Both the position numbers and the translations under genes were made by a program. Below, piece after piece: positions 1 through 12,881 of a stretch of DNA of 64,000 nucleotides. Each line of letters opens with the position of its first letter. Position 1 is the first letter of the stretch. This DNA comes from Erysipelotrichaceae bacterium (GTDB lineage: Bacteria > Bacillota_I > Bacilli_A > Erysipelotrichales > Erysipelotrichaceae), in the NCBI GenBank assembly GCA_020026035.1, contig JAHHRC010000001.1, forward strand, positions 11,610-75,609, given 5' to 3'. The notes under the pieces were generated by a model. The model worked only from the letters and a program-made list of their open reading frames with translations. It did no database searches and was not told the origin of the DNA.

Positions 1-388
1 AGATCTTAAACTCTTTCTTTAACGCTTCAATTACACTTGCCTGCGTTTGCAAAAGTCCAATCAAAAGAGCAGCAGAACTCATATACGTATCTTCATGTTG
101 ATTCATGTAATCAAGCGCCTTGTTATATGCATCACTCACATAACGCGATAGCATTGGTTGCATTTTTGTTGATGTCTTTGGAAGCTTTGTTTGATAGCTA
201 TTTACAACTTGTAACATGTCTTGTTTGTTCACATGTAAGCGATCAAAGATTCCATCTAAAACATCCACCTCTAGCATTGCAATAAGTATATGCTCTGCAC
301 TGATTTCACTGTTATTTGCATCATTTGCAAGTTGTACAGCGCGCATTAAGATGCGCTGTAACTGTTCCGTCATCTTTTCAATATCCAT
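1..388 (-). CDS. clpB: ClpB-like chaperone, N-terminal part (runs off window)
   Basis: Not in ORF track. Manual translation from ATG 388 gives MDIEKMTEQLQRILMRAVQLANDANNSEISAEHILIAML..., a Clp N-terminal repeat pattern, open to the window edge. SD AGGTGG; follows dnaJ. Confidence 0.8.
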   Translation of the reverse strand, partial: MDIEKMTEQLQRILMRAVQLANDANNSEISAEHILIAMLEVDVLDGIFDRLHVNKQDMLQVVNSYQTKLPKTSTKMQPMLSRYVSDAYNKALDYMNQHEDTYMSSAALLIGLLQTQASVIEALKKEFKI

Positions 389-439
389 ATGATTTCCACC
401 TGCCTTTCAAAGAAATTTTATAAAACTGGATTGTAATCA

Positions 440-1579
440 CTAACTCTTAAATGCCTTCTTAAAGCGATCCCAGATATTTTCTTTGTGGGATTCACCTTGT
501 AATTCCTGAAGTTGTTTGTAGAGTTCTTTTTCCTTCGCTGTTAAGGATTGATCCACTTGAATACGAACGGTACAAAGTTGGTCACCCTTCTTGTTTGTAC
601 GAAGTTGGGTAGCCCCTTGTCCTTTCAACCGAAGTGTCGTTCCTTCTTGTGTTCCAGCTGGAATCTTCATCGTAACTTCACCATGAATCGTTGGAACATC
701 AACACTTGTGCCAAGCGTTGCGTCAACGGCCGTTACAGGAATATCTAATAGAATGTTGTTGTCAACACGCTTGAACTTTGGATGTGGCAAGACGTTGATT
801 TCTAAGAATAGATCGCCATTTGGTCCACCATTCACACCACGCATACCCTTGCCACTTACACGCATCGATTGACCGGATTGAATGCCTGCTGGAATTTCAA
901 CATCGATTGTGACACGCTTTTTCTCATAGCCTAAACCATGACACTTATCACATGGTTTCTTCACGTATTTTCCACTACCACGACACTCAGGACATACGGA
1001 TTGGGATTGGAAGACACCAAGTGGTGTACGTTGTTGGGTCACAACTTGTCCACTTCCCTTACAGGTTGGACATGTTTCTATATCACTGCTTGAGAATGCC
1101 CCAGAACCATGACATCTTGTACATGTTTCTTCGACATCTAATTGCAAGGATTCGGTCTTTCCAAAACATGCGTCCATAAAGGAAATATCAAGTCGCATGT
1201 AACGGTCTTCGCCTTTTCTTGGAGCGTTTGTTTGACGTCTTCCAAATCCGCCTCCCATACTGCCACCAAAGAAGCCATTGAGAATATCTCCAAGGTCATC
1301 AAATCCACCTTGGAATCCACCAAAGCCACCAAAGCCTTGGCCTGCCTGTGATCCATCCATACCTGCAAAACCAAATTGGTCATAGGTTGCACGTTTGTTT
1401 TCATCACTTAGCACTTCATACGCTTCGTTAATTTCCTTGAATTTTTCTTCCGCCCCTGGATCTTTGTTTACATCCGGGTGGTATTTCTTAGCAAGAGAAC
1501 GATAGGCCTTCTTAAGTTCGCTTTGGGACGCACTTTTGGAAACACCTAACACCTCATAATAGTCTCTTTTTTCAGCCAT
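440..1579 (-). CDS. dnaJ: Chaperone DnaJ
   Basis: J domain HPD, G/F region, four CxxCxGxG repeats. Confidence 0.98.
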   Translation of the reverse strand: MAEKRDYYEVLGVSKSASQSELKKAYRSLAKKYHPDVNKDPGAEEKFKEINEAYEVLSDENKRATYDQFGFAGMDGSQAGQGFGGFGGFQGGFDDLGDILNGFFGGSMGGGFGRRQTNAPRKGEDRYMRLDISFMDACFGKTESLQLDVEETCTRCHGSGAFSSSDIETCPTCKGSGQVVTQQRTPLGVFQSQSVCPECRGSGKYVKKPCDKCHGLGYEKKRVTIDVEIPAGIQSGQSMRVSGKGMRGVNGGPNGDLFLEINVLPHPKFKRVDNNILLDIPVTAVDATLGTSVDVPTIHGEVTMKIPAGTQEGTTLRLKGQGATQLRTNKKGDQLCTVRIQVDQSLTAKEKELYKQLQELQGESHKENIWDRFKKAFKS

Positions 1580-1640
1580 ATCTTTTGCCTCTTTCTATCG
1601 TCTATACAAAGTTATTCGTGTTGTTATCTAACAATACTAG

Positions 1641-1668
1641 AAGCTGCAAAGGTTTCCCCCTGCAGCTT
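1641..1668 (-). terminator. Hairpin between dnaK and dnaJ (weak terminator or mRNA stabiliser)
   Basis: Minus strand GCTGCAGGGG-GAAA-CCTTTGCAGC with a poor U tract. Confidence 0.55.
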
Positions 1669-1698
1669 TTGGTTTTTGCAATTCAACTAAGTGAATGC

Positions 1699-4074
<2,376 letters not shown>

Positions 4075-4082
<8 letters not shown>

Positions 4083-5106
4083 TGCCAATACCGCCTCCTG
4101 ATTTATACATCTTTTCAATCAATCGTGCTGCATAGTCGACCATCGAGATCACTCGTTGGTAATTCATTCGACTCGGTCCAACAACCATCAATTGTCCTTG
4201 TTGGTCATCGCCGATATGGAATGTACTTTTCACAACCGCAACATCATTGATCCACGTTAGTTGCGCACCTTGTTCGGTACGAACAGCGACTGCTTTTTCA
4301 TCGTTTGAAATATCTCTCCAAACCGTAGGATCTTCAAGCAAGGTCATCATTGACCGTAGCTTTTCAATATCCGCAAACTCAGGTTGATACAACATCCGAT
4401 CTTTTCCACTAAAGTACACATTGTCACTTGCAAACTTTACGAAGGCTTGTACAAAGGCTGTAAACAATACATCATGCTTTTGCACAACTGCCGCAAGTTC
4501 TGGTTCGATTTCCTTCATGCGTTGCGGTAATTCACTAATCACCGCATGTTTCAATCGTTCATTCAAAACGTTACAACAACTTTCGATATCTTGTAGTGTG
4601 ACTGTTTGGTCAAAATGGAACTTTCGCGTTTCCGTATGCCCGGTGTTTGTAATAAAGATACAAACGGCATTGCAGTCATCAATCGGAAACAGTTTGATAT
4701 GTTCTAGTGTTTGCCTAGACGCATCCGGCCCGATTGCACCGGTAGTCATGTTTGTCATCTCCGATATAATTTGGCAACTCTGACGAACTGCCTCTTCGAT
4801 ATTCAAATTCGAAAGATCGAAGGCATCCTTGATGGCAATTTCCATCTTCGTGTCTAAGCACGAATCATGAAGTAAATTCTCGCAATAGAACTTATAGCCA
4901 TCGGTACTAGGAATACGACCAGATGACGTATGTGTCTTTTCGAGATACCCCAACTCTTCAAGTACTTGCATATCGTTACGAATGGTCGCACTTGAATATG
5001 GAACGTGATACTTTTGCTTCAGCGTTTTTGATCCAACAGGCTCGGCTGTTTGAATATATTCTTCAACAATCGCCCGAAAGATTGAAATCCTTCTTGGTGT
5101 AAGCAT
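4075..5106 (-). CDS. hrcA: Heat-inducible repressor HrcA
   Basis: PVGSK, SSATIRNDM and HTSSGRIPS motifs; start at ATG 5106 after AGGAGG. Confidence 0.97.
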
Positions 5107-5120
5107 GTTGGTCACCTCCT

Positions 5121-5147
5121 TTAGCAATCTACCTCCATGACTGCTAA
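5121..5147. promoter_or_regulatory. CIRCE operator 1
   Basis: TTAGCAATC-N9-GACTGCTAA, 2 mismatches to TTAGCACTC-N9-GAGTGCTAA; abuts the hrcA SD. Confidence 0.85.
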
Positions 5148-5148
5148 C

Positions 5149-5177
5149 AGTATAGTCCATACCATTAGCACTGTCAA
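5149..5177 (-). promoter_or_regulatory. SigA promoter of the hrcA operon
   Basis: Minus strand TTGACA-17 nt-TATACT. Confidence 0.85.
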
Positions 5178-5191
5178 TGCTAGAGTGATAA
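5165..5191. promoter_or_regulatory. CIRCE operator 2 (overlaps -35)
   Basis: TTAGCACTG-N9-GAGTGATAA, 2 mismatches. Confidence 0.85.
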
Positions 5192-5299
5192 ATTGTTGCA
5201 AGATTCCAATAAAATAAAACATCCAACCAAATACAAAAACACCGATAATCAACACACTTTTCAACATACAAAATCGAGTACCTAACGCTAATAAAAAAA

Positions 5300-5326
5300 T
5301 TAGCACTCTACCACTTAAAGTGCTAA
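5300..5326. promoter_or_regulatory. CIRCE operator 3 (upstream)
   Basis: TTAGCACTC-N9-AAGTGCTAA, 1 mismatch. Confidence 0.88.
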
Positions 5327-5358
5327 AAAGAGAAAAAGAGCGCATCCAAACGCTCCCC

Positions 5359-5853
5359 TTATCGATGGAATTCTACCATCTTATCTTCTACTTCTTTGAC
5401 AATCACACTTGGTAAGAAGGCTTTGATATCCCCCTTGTTCAAGGCAATCTCTTTGACAACCGAACTACTCAAGAAGGAATACTTTGGTTTCGCAATTAAG
5501 AATAAGGTTTCAATCTCATGATTTAACATAAGATTCGCCGTTGCTTGTTGCAACTCATATTCATAATCGGATACGGCACGAATACCACGAATAATCGCAT
5601 TCGCACCGACCTTCTTTGCATAATCAACCGTTAGACCACTACCAATAACAACCGATACATTGTTTACACCTTCTAAACTTTCAATCGATTCTTCAATCAT
5701 CCGCTTTCGATCTTCTACAGAAAACGCACAGGTCTTTCTAGGATTATGCATAATCATCACAACCACTTCATCAAACATTCGACTTGCACGTTCAATGATA
5801 TCTAAATGTCCTAAGGTAATTGGATCAAAGGACCCTGGATAACAAGCTTTCAT
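5359..5853 (-). CDS. coaD: Phosphopantetheine adenylyltransferase
   Basis: YPGSFDPITLGH, RGIR..SDYEYE and SSS motifs. Confidence 0.97.
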   Translation of the reverse strand: MKACYPGSFDPITLGHLDIIERASRMFDEVVVMIMHNPRKTCAFSVEDRKRMIEESIESLEGVNNVSVVIGSGLTVDYAKKVGANAIIRGIRAVSDYEYELQQATANLMLNHEIETLFLIAKPKYSFLSSSVVKEIALNKGDIKAFLPSVIVKEVEDKMVEFHR

Positions 5854-5855
5854 AA

Positions 5856-6413
5856 CTAATCATTCTTCTTTCTATAATAGGTAACCTTACTAATGCCATA
5901 TGTCGCAACTTTTACCATTGTAAGATCTGCCACTTCTTCATCATATACATCTTCTTTTAACGATTCGACAATCACCACTGCCCCATCGTTCAATAAATCA
6001 AGCTCACAAAGCTTCTTCATGACTTTCTGATTCTTTTCTTTTGCGTATGGTGGATCTAAATATACTAAATCAAACTTCATATCTTTCTTGCTTAATAGAT
6101 TCAAAAGCTTCATATCACTGACCGCATACACCTTACAGCGATCTTCCACCTTCAACTTATTCACATTACTCAAAATCACTTTATACGCATCACGACTCAT
6201 ATCATTCAATACCGCAAACCTACAGCCTCGACTCAACGCCTCTAAGCCAACCGCTCCACTTCCTGCATATACATCTAAGAAGTTTCCACCGTCAAAGAAG
6301 CCACCAAGACTTGAAAACACAGCTTCTCTTACTTTATCTAACGTTGGTCTTGTGTTTGTTCCTTTTAAGGTTTCTAGCTTTCTAGAACCAAACTCACCTG
6401 CTACGATTCTCAT
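5856..6413 (-). CDS. rsmD: 16S rRNA m2G966 methyltransferase
   Basis: MRIVAG, TRPT.DKVRE, AGSGAVGLEALSRG and DPPY motifs. Confidence 0.95.
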   Translation of the reverse strand: MRIVAGEFGSRKLETLKGTNTRPTLDKVREAVFSSLGGFFDGGNFLDVYAGSGAVGLEALSRGCRFAVLNDMSRDAYKVILSNVNKLKVEDRCKVYAVSDMKLLNLLSKKDMKFDLVYLDPPYAKEKNQKVMKKLCELDLLNDGAVVIVESLKEDVYDEEVADLTMVKVATYGISKVTYYRKKND

Positions 6414-7693
6414 ACAATCTCTCCATTTTTATATTGCCGAATAACGGCTTGGGCAATTCCAATCGCAATCATCGTTGATAATAACGATGTACCACCAGAA
6501 GAAATCATCAATAACGGAATCCCCGTCAAAGGAACCGCCGCTGTTACACCACCTACATTAAACACAAAGTGAATCGCAATATAGGAAGCCGTTCCAACAA
6601 GAATCATTCTTCCCTTTTCATTCTTCATCTTCGCCGCATACGAATACAACCGATACACCAGTGTTGCATACAATAGGAAGATACAGAAGAAGCCAACAAA
6701 GCCAACTTCTTCAACGGTAATTGCAAGAATAAAGTCCGTTGTACGTGCTGGGAATACGTAATACTTCGACAATGACTTTCCATAGCCACTACCAATCAAC
6801 CCACCACGGGCTTGGGCAATCAAAGAGTTTGCAATGTGCATCGAGTCTTTAAACATATCCCCAAACGGCAAAGCACACGATTCAAAGCGTGCCATCTGGT
6901 AAGGCTTTAACCGTCCTAAGTTTACAACGAATCCAACACCCCAAGGTGTCGATAATATGTATCCTGCAATAAAGGCAAAGATGGCAAGAATGGCCAACGA
7001 CTTTTGCCAAAAGACAAGCAATGGATGATCTGGCACAAACAAACATGCTAAGGCAATCAAACAAAGAACCATCATCGACCCAAAGTCAGACTGCGCAAAC
7101 AAGATAATGCCCGCAAAAATAACAATGATCAAAAGTGGTGTTGAAACATACTTCAAACGAATCATCATCCGCTCTTTAAAGCTATCGGTTGTATAGTAGC
7201 GTCTAGGAACTGGCGCTTTGCGATCTCCTAAGTTCGCTGCCATCACTAGAATTGTCATAACTTTCGCAAACTCGGATGGTTGAATCGAAAAGCTACCAAA
7301 ATAAATCCATGCCTTCGCCCCCGCATTTGCAGTAAACATCAAAGGGACTATCAATAGAAAGATTTGCGCCCATACAAGCTTCAAAAACAAATCCGTCGAT
7401 AAAAATCGTAAGGTAAAAAAGCGTTCCATAAGCTTCAAAGCTACAATTCCAATCAATGCCATGAAGGATTGTTTAAACAACACATTCGTAACACCAATTT
7501 CTTGAATCGAGGCCGATACATTCATTGAGGCACTCATAACCGCAAAAATTCCAATCACCGCAATCACAATGGTCACAATCTGAATCGTCGCATCACAGCC
7601 ATTTGGCAATAAGAAGTTTTGTAAATTCCATTTTTGTTTCTGTCGTCGAGCAGGTCTTTTCCCTACCGAAACTTGTTTTCTTCGTCTATTCAT
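6410..7693 (-). CDS. ftsW: FtsW/RodA/SpoVE family SEDS protein
   Basis: QPSEFAK, TDFI..I..EE.G and P.TG..L..IS.GG.S motifs; multi-TM. Confidence 0.88.
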   Translation of the reverse strand: MNRRRKQVSVGKRPARRQKQKWNLQNFLLPNGCDATIQIVTIVIAVIGIFAVMSASMNVSASIQEIGVTNVLFKQSFMALIGIVALKLMERFFTLRFLSTDLFLKLVWAQIFLLIVPLMFTANAGAKAWIYFGSFSIQPSEFAKVMTILVMAANLGDRKAPVPRRYYTTDSFKERMMIRLKYVSTPLLIIVIFAGIILFAQSDFGSMMVLCLIALACLFVPDHPLLVFWQKSLAILAIFAFIAGYILSTPWGVGFVVNLGRLKPYQMARFESCALPFGDMFKDSMHIANSLIAQARGGLIGSGYGKSLSKYYVFPARTTDFILAITVEEVGFVGFFCIFLLYATLVYRLYSYAAKMKNEKGRMILVGTASYIAIHFVFNVGGVTAAVPLTGIPLLMISSGGTSLLSTMIAIGIAQAVIRQYKNGEIV

Positions 7694-7791
7694 GTTGTTA
7701 GTTTACAACATTCCTTCACATTAGAAAAGGCACATAAAATACACGTTTCCAAACTATTTCAAATTGAAAACGCATTCAAAGGCATTCTTTT

Positions 7792-7820
7792 TTGACTTAT
7801 GCTTTGTTCTTGCTTAATAT
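7792..7820 (+). promoter_or_regulatory. Putative SigA promoter of def
   Basis: TTGACT-17 nt-TAATAT, 16 nt before the ATG. Confidence 0.5.
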
Positions 7821-7836
7821 AGTCATGAGGTAAAGT

Positions 7837-8403
7837 ATGTTAATCAATAATAAGACAATTATCAAAGACAATGATCCATTGATCAGACGTAAAAGTGAAA
7901 AAGTCGCTCTTCCTTTATCAAATGAAGACGAAACTCTTTTAAGAGAAATGTATGAATATGTAAAAAACTCAACCGATGAAGAACTTGCAAAGAAGCTAGA
8001 CCTTCGTCCAGCGGTTGGCCTATCTGCCATTCAAGTTGGTGTTCCAAAGCAACTAACCGCCATCATCTTGCATGACTTAGACGCAAACGGAAATGAAATC
8101 GTAACGGAATACATGCTTGCAAATCCACGCATCGTATCAAAGTCCGTACAACCTGCCTACTTACAAACCGGTGAAGGTTGTCTATCGGTTGATCAAGACC
8201 ACCAAGGATTTGTCGTACGCCATGCCCGTGTTACAGTCAAAGGCTATGACTTAATCCAAGACAAAGAAATTACCATTCGTGCCCGTGGCTATTTAGCGAT
8301 TGTATTACAGCACGAACTCGACCACTTCGATGGAACCTTGTTCTACGATCACATTGATCCAAAACAACCATATCCATTGATTCGTGACGCAATGGTCATT
8401 TAA
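7837..8403 (+). CDS. def: Peptide deformylase
   Basis: VGLSAIQ, EGCLS and QHELDH motifs. Confidence 0.97.
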   Translation: MLINNKTIIKDNDPLIRRKSEKVALPLSNEDETLLREMYEYVKNSTDEELAKKLDLRPAVGLSAIQVGVPKQLTAIILHDLDANGNEIVTEYMLANPRIVSKSVQPAYLQTGEGCLSVDQDHQGFVVRHARVTVKGYDLIQDKEITIRARGYLAIVLQHELDHFDGTLFYDHIDPKQPYPLIRDAMVI

Positions 8404-8537
8404 CAACAATTTTGCGAATACTATGTAATTGATGCTTGTACAACGTGATTCGTGTTATAATCCTAGTACAGGATACAGCATCAATTTTTATTTGCTCGTA
8501 CAAAACAATCTAATGAATAAAGAGGTAACCTATAATT

Positions 8538-10364
8538 ATGGAAAAGAAACAAACAAAGCGCACAAACCGCACGGCGCATTATTCACGTGTGGTCAAGCCA
8601 ACGTTAGAAGCACAAGAAATCAATCGTAAAACCGATACCCTTGTCTATGCGTTAGGTGGACTTGGACATGTTGGAATGAACATGTACTGTATTGAACACA
8701 ACGATGAAATCTTAGTCATCGACTGTGGAATCCTATTCCCAGAAGACGACCTACTTGGTGTAGACTATGTCATTCCTGACTACACCTACTTAATTCAAAA
8801 CCAAAATAAAATCAAAGCGTTGATTATCACCCACGGTCATGAAGACCATATCGGTGGTATTCCATTTATCTTAAAGAAAATTCGCATCAAGGACATCTAC
8901 GCTCCTCGCTTTGCGAAATGCTTAATTGAACGTAAATTAGAAGAACATCGCATGAGCCGTCTTGTGAAGATTCATGAAATCACAGGGGATTCAAGAATCC
9001 GTACAAAACACTTTAACATCGGCTTCTTCGACACCGTTCACTCCATTCCAGATTCACTTGGTGTCATTATCAATACACCAAATGGAAGAATCGTAGAAAC
9101 CGGTGACTTTAAGTTCGACTTAACACCAATTGGACGTAACGCAGACTATCAAAAGATGGCCTACATTGGACAAGTCGGTGTCACTCTATTAATGAGTGAT
9201 TCCACCAACTCCTCAGTTCCAGGCTTCTCCATTTCTGAACAAAAAGTAGCACGTACAATCGTTGATCAAATGCGTAAGACACCAGGACGAATCATCGTTT
9301 CTACCTTCGCATCGAACGTATTACGTTTAAATCAAATCTTAGAAGCAGCTGTTGCGGTTGGTCGTAAGATTGCCGTCTTTGGTCGTTCCATGCAAAATGT
9401 CTTAGAAATTGGTCAAAAGCTAGGTGTTATTAACATTGCCAAACAAAACTTTATTTCTGGTAATGAACTAAACACCCTACCAGCCAATAAGATCTGTATT
9501 GTATGTACCGGATCACAAGGGGAACCAATGGCCGCTCTTTCAAGAATTGCCAACGGTACACACCGCTTTATTAAGATTATTCCAGGAGATACAGTTCTCT
9601 TCTCCTCTTCACCAATTCCAGGTAATGGCCAATCGGTATCCGCGATTGTAAACCAATTAACAAGAGTTGGTGCAAACGTAGTTGAAAACTCAGCTCTTAA
9701 CTCCTTCCACACAACAGGACATGCGCCTCAGGAAGAACAAAAGTTAATGTTGAATCTTATTAAGCCTGCCTACTTTATGCCAGTGCATGGTGAATTCAAG
9801 ATGCTTGTACAACATGCAAACACTGCCCAAGAAACAGGTGTTCCTAAGGAAAACTGCATGATTTGTTCAAATGGAGACATTGTTGTATTACGTAATCAAA
9901 CATGCTTTATTGGCAATGAACGCATTCAAACAGATGCCATCTATGTCGATGGAAAAGACGCTACGGGTCTTTCTACTTCGGTTATTAAGGATCGTCAAAT
10001 CCTTGCTGATTCTGGTTTAGTATCTGTTATTGTAACAATCGATTCTCGATACAATAAGATCCTATGCCGCCCTACGATTGTATCCCGTGGCTTTGTGTAT
10101 CTAAAAGACAACCAAGCCCTATTAAAGGATGCAGAACTTGTGGTGTATGATGCCCTTAAAAAGAAAATGCAACAACGCACAACCTTTGGGGAATTGAAGA
10201 ATTGTATTCGTACTTCTCTTGAACCATATCTATTCAAGAAGACAAACCGTAATCCAATTGTCATTCCGGTTATTCTTAACCAAAAGGCAGCGATGGAAGA
10301 ATTACGAGCTCGTTCAGCTGCGCGTAAACCAAGTAAACCAACAAAGGAAGCTAAGAAGGTCTAA
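8538..10364 (+). CDS. rnj: Ribonuclease J
   Basis: THGHEDHIGG metallo-beta-lactamase motif, TGSQGEP, HGE; extended -10 TGTTATAAT at 8453-8461. Confidence 0.96.
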   Translation: MEKKQTKRTNRTAHYSRVVKPTLEAQEINRKTDTLVYALGGLGHVGMNMYCIEHNDEILVIDCGILFPEDDLLGVDYVIPDYTYLIQNQNKIKALIITHGHEDHIGGIPFILKKIRIKDIYAPRFAKCLIERKLEEHRMSRLVKIHEITGDSRIRTKHFNIGFFDTVHSIPDSLGVIINTPNGRIVETGDFKFDLTPIGRNADYQKMAYIGQVGVTLLMSDSTNSSVPGFSISEQKVARTIVDQMRKTPGRIIVSTFASNVLRLNQILEAAVAVGRKIAVFGRSMQNVLEIGQKLGVINIAKQNFISGNELNTLPANKICIVCTGSQGEPMAALSRIANGTHRFIKIIPGDTVLFSSSPIPGNGQSVSAIVNQLTRVGANVVENSALNSFHTTGHAPQEEQKLMLNLIKPAYFMPVHGEFKMLVQHANTAQETGVPKENCMICSNGDIVVLRNQTCFIGNERIQTDAIYVDGKDATGLSTSVIKDRQILADSGLVSVIVTIDSRYNKILCRPTIVSRGFVYLKDNQALLKDAELVVYDALKKKMQQRTTFGELKNCIRTSLEPYLFKKTNRNPIVIPVILNQKAAMEELRARSAARKPSKPTKEAKKV

Positions 10365-10419
10365 TCGACCTTCTTTTTGTTTTGCCCAAAAGAAAAAAGC
10401 CACTCGATTGAGTGACTTT
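10353..10419. terminator. Terminators of convergent rnj and pyk
   Basis: AAGAAGGTC-TAATC-GACCTTCTTTTT (+) and a second hairpin with U tract on the minus strand. Confidence 0.7.
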
Positions 10420-10429
10420 GAGAATCAAA

Positions 10430-11866
10430 TTACTTTACTTGGATGATCTTCATCATGTTCGCTGATCCTTCACCTGTTGGATATCCAGCAGTTAGAATGA
10501 TCAATTGACCAGGTTCGATTCCGTATTCCTTTGCGATTAGACAAGCTAAATCATCATCGTTTGTCATGTTGTTTTCAACTTCAGAATACACAGGAATTAC
10601 ACCCCAGTAGTTTTCAAGTTTACGTTGTGTTCCCTTAGTGAATGTAACAGCTAAGATTGGAACATTTGGACGGAACTTGGAAATACGACGAGCTGTTGTA
10701 CCACCTTGTGTGAAGGCAACAATCGCACCTACATTATCAAGAGACAATGCTGCATCCGAAACGGAGATACCGATTGCGTCTTGGATTGTGTTTTGGCTAG
10801 ATTGCTTAGAAATGCTTAGACGTCCCTTGTAGTCAAAGATTGCTTCTGCACCTTCAACAATACGAGCCATCATTGCACATGCTTCTACTGGGTATTCACC
10901 AGCTGCTGATTCAGCAGATAACATTACACAGTCAGAACCATCTAATACCGCATTACATACGTCAGATGCTTCGGCACGTGTACAACGTGGGTTTGTTGTC
11001 ATAGAGTCAAGCATATGTGTTGCTGTAACAACTGGTTTACCCATAACGTTTGCCTTACGGATAATAGCCTTTTGGTAGATTGGAACGTTTGCTGTAGGAA
11101 TTTCTACACCTAAGTCACCACGAGCTACCATGACACCATCAGCTGCTTCTAGGATTTCATCAAGGTTATCGAATCCTTCTTGGTTTTCGATCTTGGCAAT
11201 GATTTGGATCTTTGGCTTACCAGCTTCGATCAAAATCTTACGGATTTGGTTAACGTCAGATGCGCGTCTTACGAAGGAAGCCGCAATGAAGTCAACGTCA
11301 TTTTCAGCACCGAAACGAATGTCGGATAGGTCTTTTTCAGAAATGAAAGGCATGGATAGACGTACACCTGGTACATTACATCCCTTCTTAGAACTAATTG
11401 GTCCGCTTACTTCAACACGGCACTTTAGTTCGTTTCCATCGTTTTCAAGAACAGTTAAACGCATTTTACCGTCGTTGATTAGGATGTAGTTGTTTGGACG
11501 AACGTCCGCAAACAATTCAGGACATGCAATGTGGAAACGTTCATGGTCACCAATGATTGGAGCCTTTTCTAGGTAAACGATTTCACCCTTCTTATAATTT
11601 TCTGAACCATTCTTGAATTCACCTAAACGGATTTCAGGTCCCTTTGTGTCTAGCATGATTGCTAAGTTGCGACCTTCTTTTGCACAAACTTCACGAACTA
11701 AGTTCATACGATTTAGGTGTTCTTCATGGCTTCCGTGTGAGAAGTTCAAACGAACAATGTTCATACCAGCATCCGCTAGTTCGGTAATTGTTTTGTAGTT
11801 ATCACTGCTTGGTCCAATTGTGCAGATGATCTTTGTCTTCTTAAACAGGTGTGAATTTTTAGTCAT
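10430..11866 (-). CDS. pyk: Pyruvate kinase
   Basis: TKIICTIGP, RLNFSHG, DTKGPEIR and MVARGDLGVE motifs. Confidence 0.98.
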   Translation of the reverse strand: MTKNSHLFKKTKIICTIGPSSDNYKTITELADAGMNIVRLNFSHGSHEEHLNRMNLVREVCAKEGRNLAIMLDTKGPEIRLGEFKNGSENYKKGEIVYLEKAPIIGDHERFHIACPELFADVRPNNYILINDGKMRLTVLENDGNELKCRVEVSGPISSKKGCNVPGVRLSMPFISEKDLSDIRFGAENDVDFIAASFVRRASDVNQIRKILIEAGKPKIQIIAKIENQEGFDNLDEILEAADGVMVARGDLGVEIPTANVPIYQKAIIRKANVMGKPVVTATHMLDSMTTNPRCTRAEASDVCNAVLDGSDCVMLSAESAAGEYPVEACAMMARIVEGAEAIFDYKGRLSISKQSSQNTIQDAIGISVSDAALSLDNVGAIVAFTQGGTTARRISKFRPNVPILAVTFTKGTQRKLENYWGVIPVYSEVENNMTNDDDLACLIAKEYGIEPGQLIILTAGYPTGEGSANMMKIIQVK

Positions 11867-11888
11867 AATCTATCACTCTTTCTATATT

Positions 11889-12851
11889 TTAAACGAGACG
11901 ATCAAATAAGCGATACAACCGCTTACGGCTTGAACGTGGTCTTTGCAATGCCTCTTCGATAGGCATTGACGCAATGTGGTTGTCAATGATGCCGACACAT
12001 TGACCGCCGATTCCTTCCATCAGAAGGTCAACAGCTTTTTCGCCCATTTGGCTGGCTAACATTCGGTCTTTCGACGTTGGAGATCCTCCACGTTGAATAT
12101 GACCTAATACAGTCGCTCTACCAGAGAAGCCTGTTTGCAATGAAACTTTCTTTGCCAAATCATCGACATCTGTGACCTTCTCTGAAATGATCACAATCGC
12201 ATGATTCTTCTTGCACGCTTCGCCTAAATAACGAAGACGTTCCAACACTTCAAGTTCATCATATCCAGTTTCTGGAGAGATTACCATTTCAGCACCACAG
12301 CTGATGGCTGTATACAGTGCTAAATCACCGCAACGGTTTCCCATTACTTCAACAATCGAGCAACGATGGTGAGAACTTGAGGTATCACGTAGCTTATCGA
12401 CACATTCTACACATGTATTCAATGCCGTATCAAAACCAATTGTGAAATCCGTTCCCGGAATATCGTTATCAATTGTCCCTGGAAGTCCAATACAGTTAAT
12501 GCCAAGCTTTGTTAAAGCAAGGGCACCACGATAACTTCCGTCTCCCCCAATTACAACCAGTGCATCGATTCCTGCATCTTGCAATTGACGGACGCAACGT
12601 TCTTGAATCTCTTTTTCTTTAAACTCTGGCAAACGAGCAGAACCTAACTTTGTTCCACCCTGGTCTAAGATGTCAGAAACATCTTTTCTTGTCAAAGGTT
12701 CAAAGTTTCCTTCTAGAAGGCCACGATAGCCATCACGAATTCCATAGACTTCAATCCCATTGCTTAATGCAACTCTAGTTACGGAGCGAATTGCTGCATT
12801 CATTCCCGGCGCATCTCCTCCGGATGTAAGAATACCAATTTTACGAACCAT
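11889..12851 (-). CDS. pfkA: 6-phosphofructokinase
   Basis: TSGGDAPGMNA, GGDGS, TIDND and LGHIQRGG motifs. Confidence 0.98.
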   Translation of the reverse strand: MVRKIGILTSGGDAPGMNAAIRSVTRVALSNGIEVYGIRDGYRGLLEGNFEPLTRKDVSDILDQGGTKLGSARLPEFKEKEIQERCVRQLQDAGIDALVVIGGDGSYRGALALTKLGINCIGLPGTIDNDIPGTDFTIGFDTALNTCVECVDKLRDTSSSHHRCSIVEVMGNRCGDLALYTAISCGAEMVISPETGYDELEVLERLRYLGEACKKNHAIVIISEKVTDVDDLAKKVSLQTGFSGRATVLGHIQRGGSPTSKDRMLASQMGEKAVDLLMEGIGGQCVGIIDNHIASMPIEEALQRPRSSRKRLYRLFDRLV

Positions 12852-12881
12852 CTTTACCTCCTAGACTCAATAAGTCTAACA

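Noticed and set aside
5107..5345. N-terminal extension of hrcA and 74-aa ORF 5121..5345
   Set aside because: Region holds the promoter and CIRCE sites; the strong SD points to ATG 5106
7765..7778. cre-like TGAAAACGCATTCA between ftsW and def
   Set aside because: Single degenerate match between housekeeping genes with no supporting context
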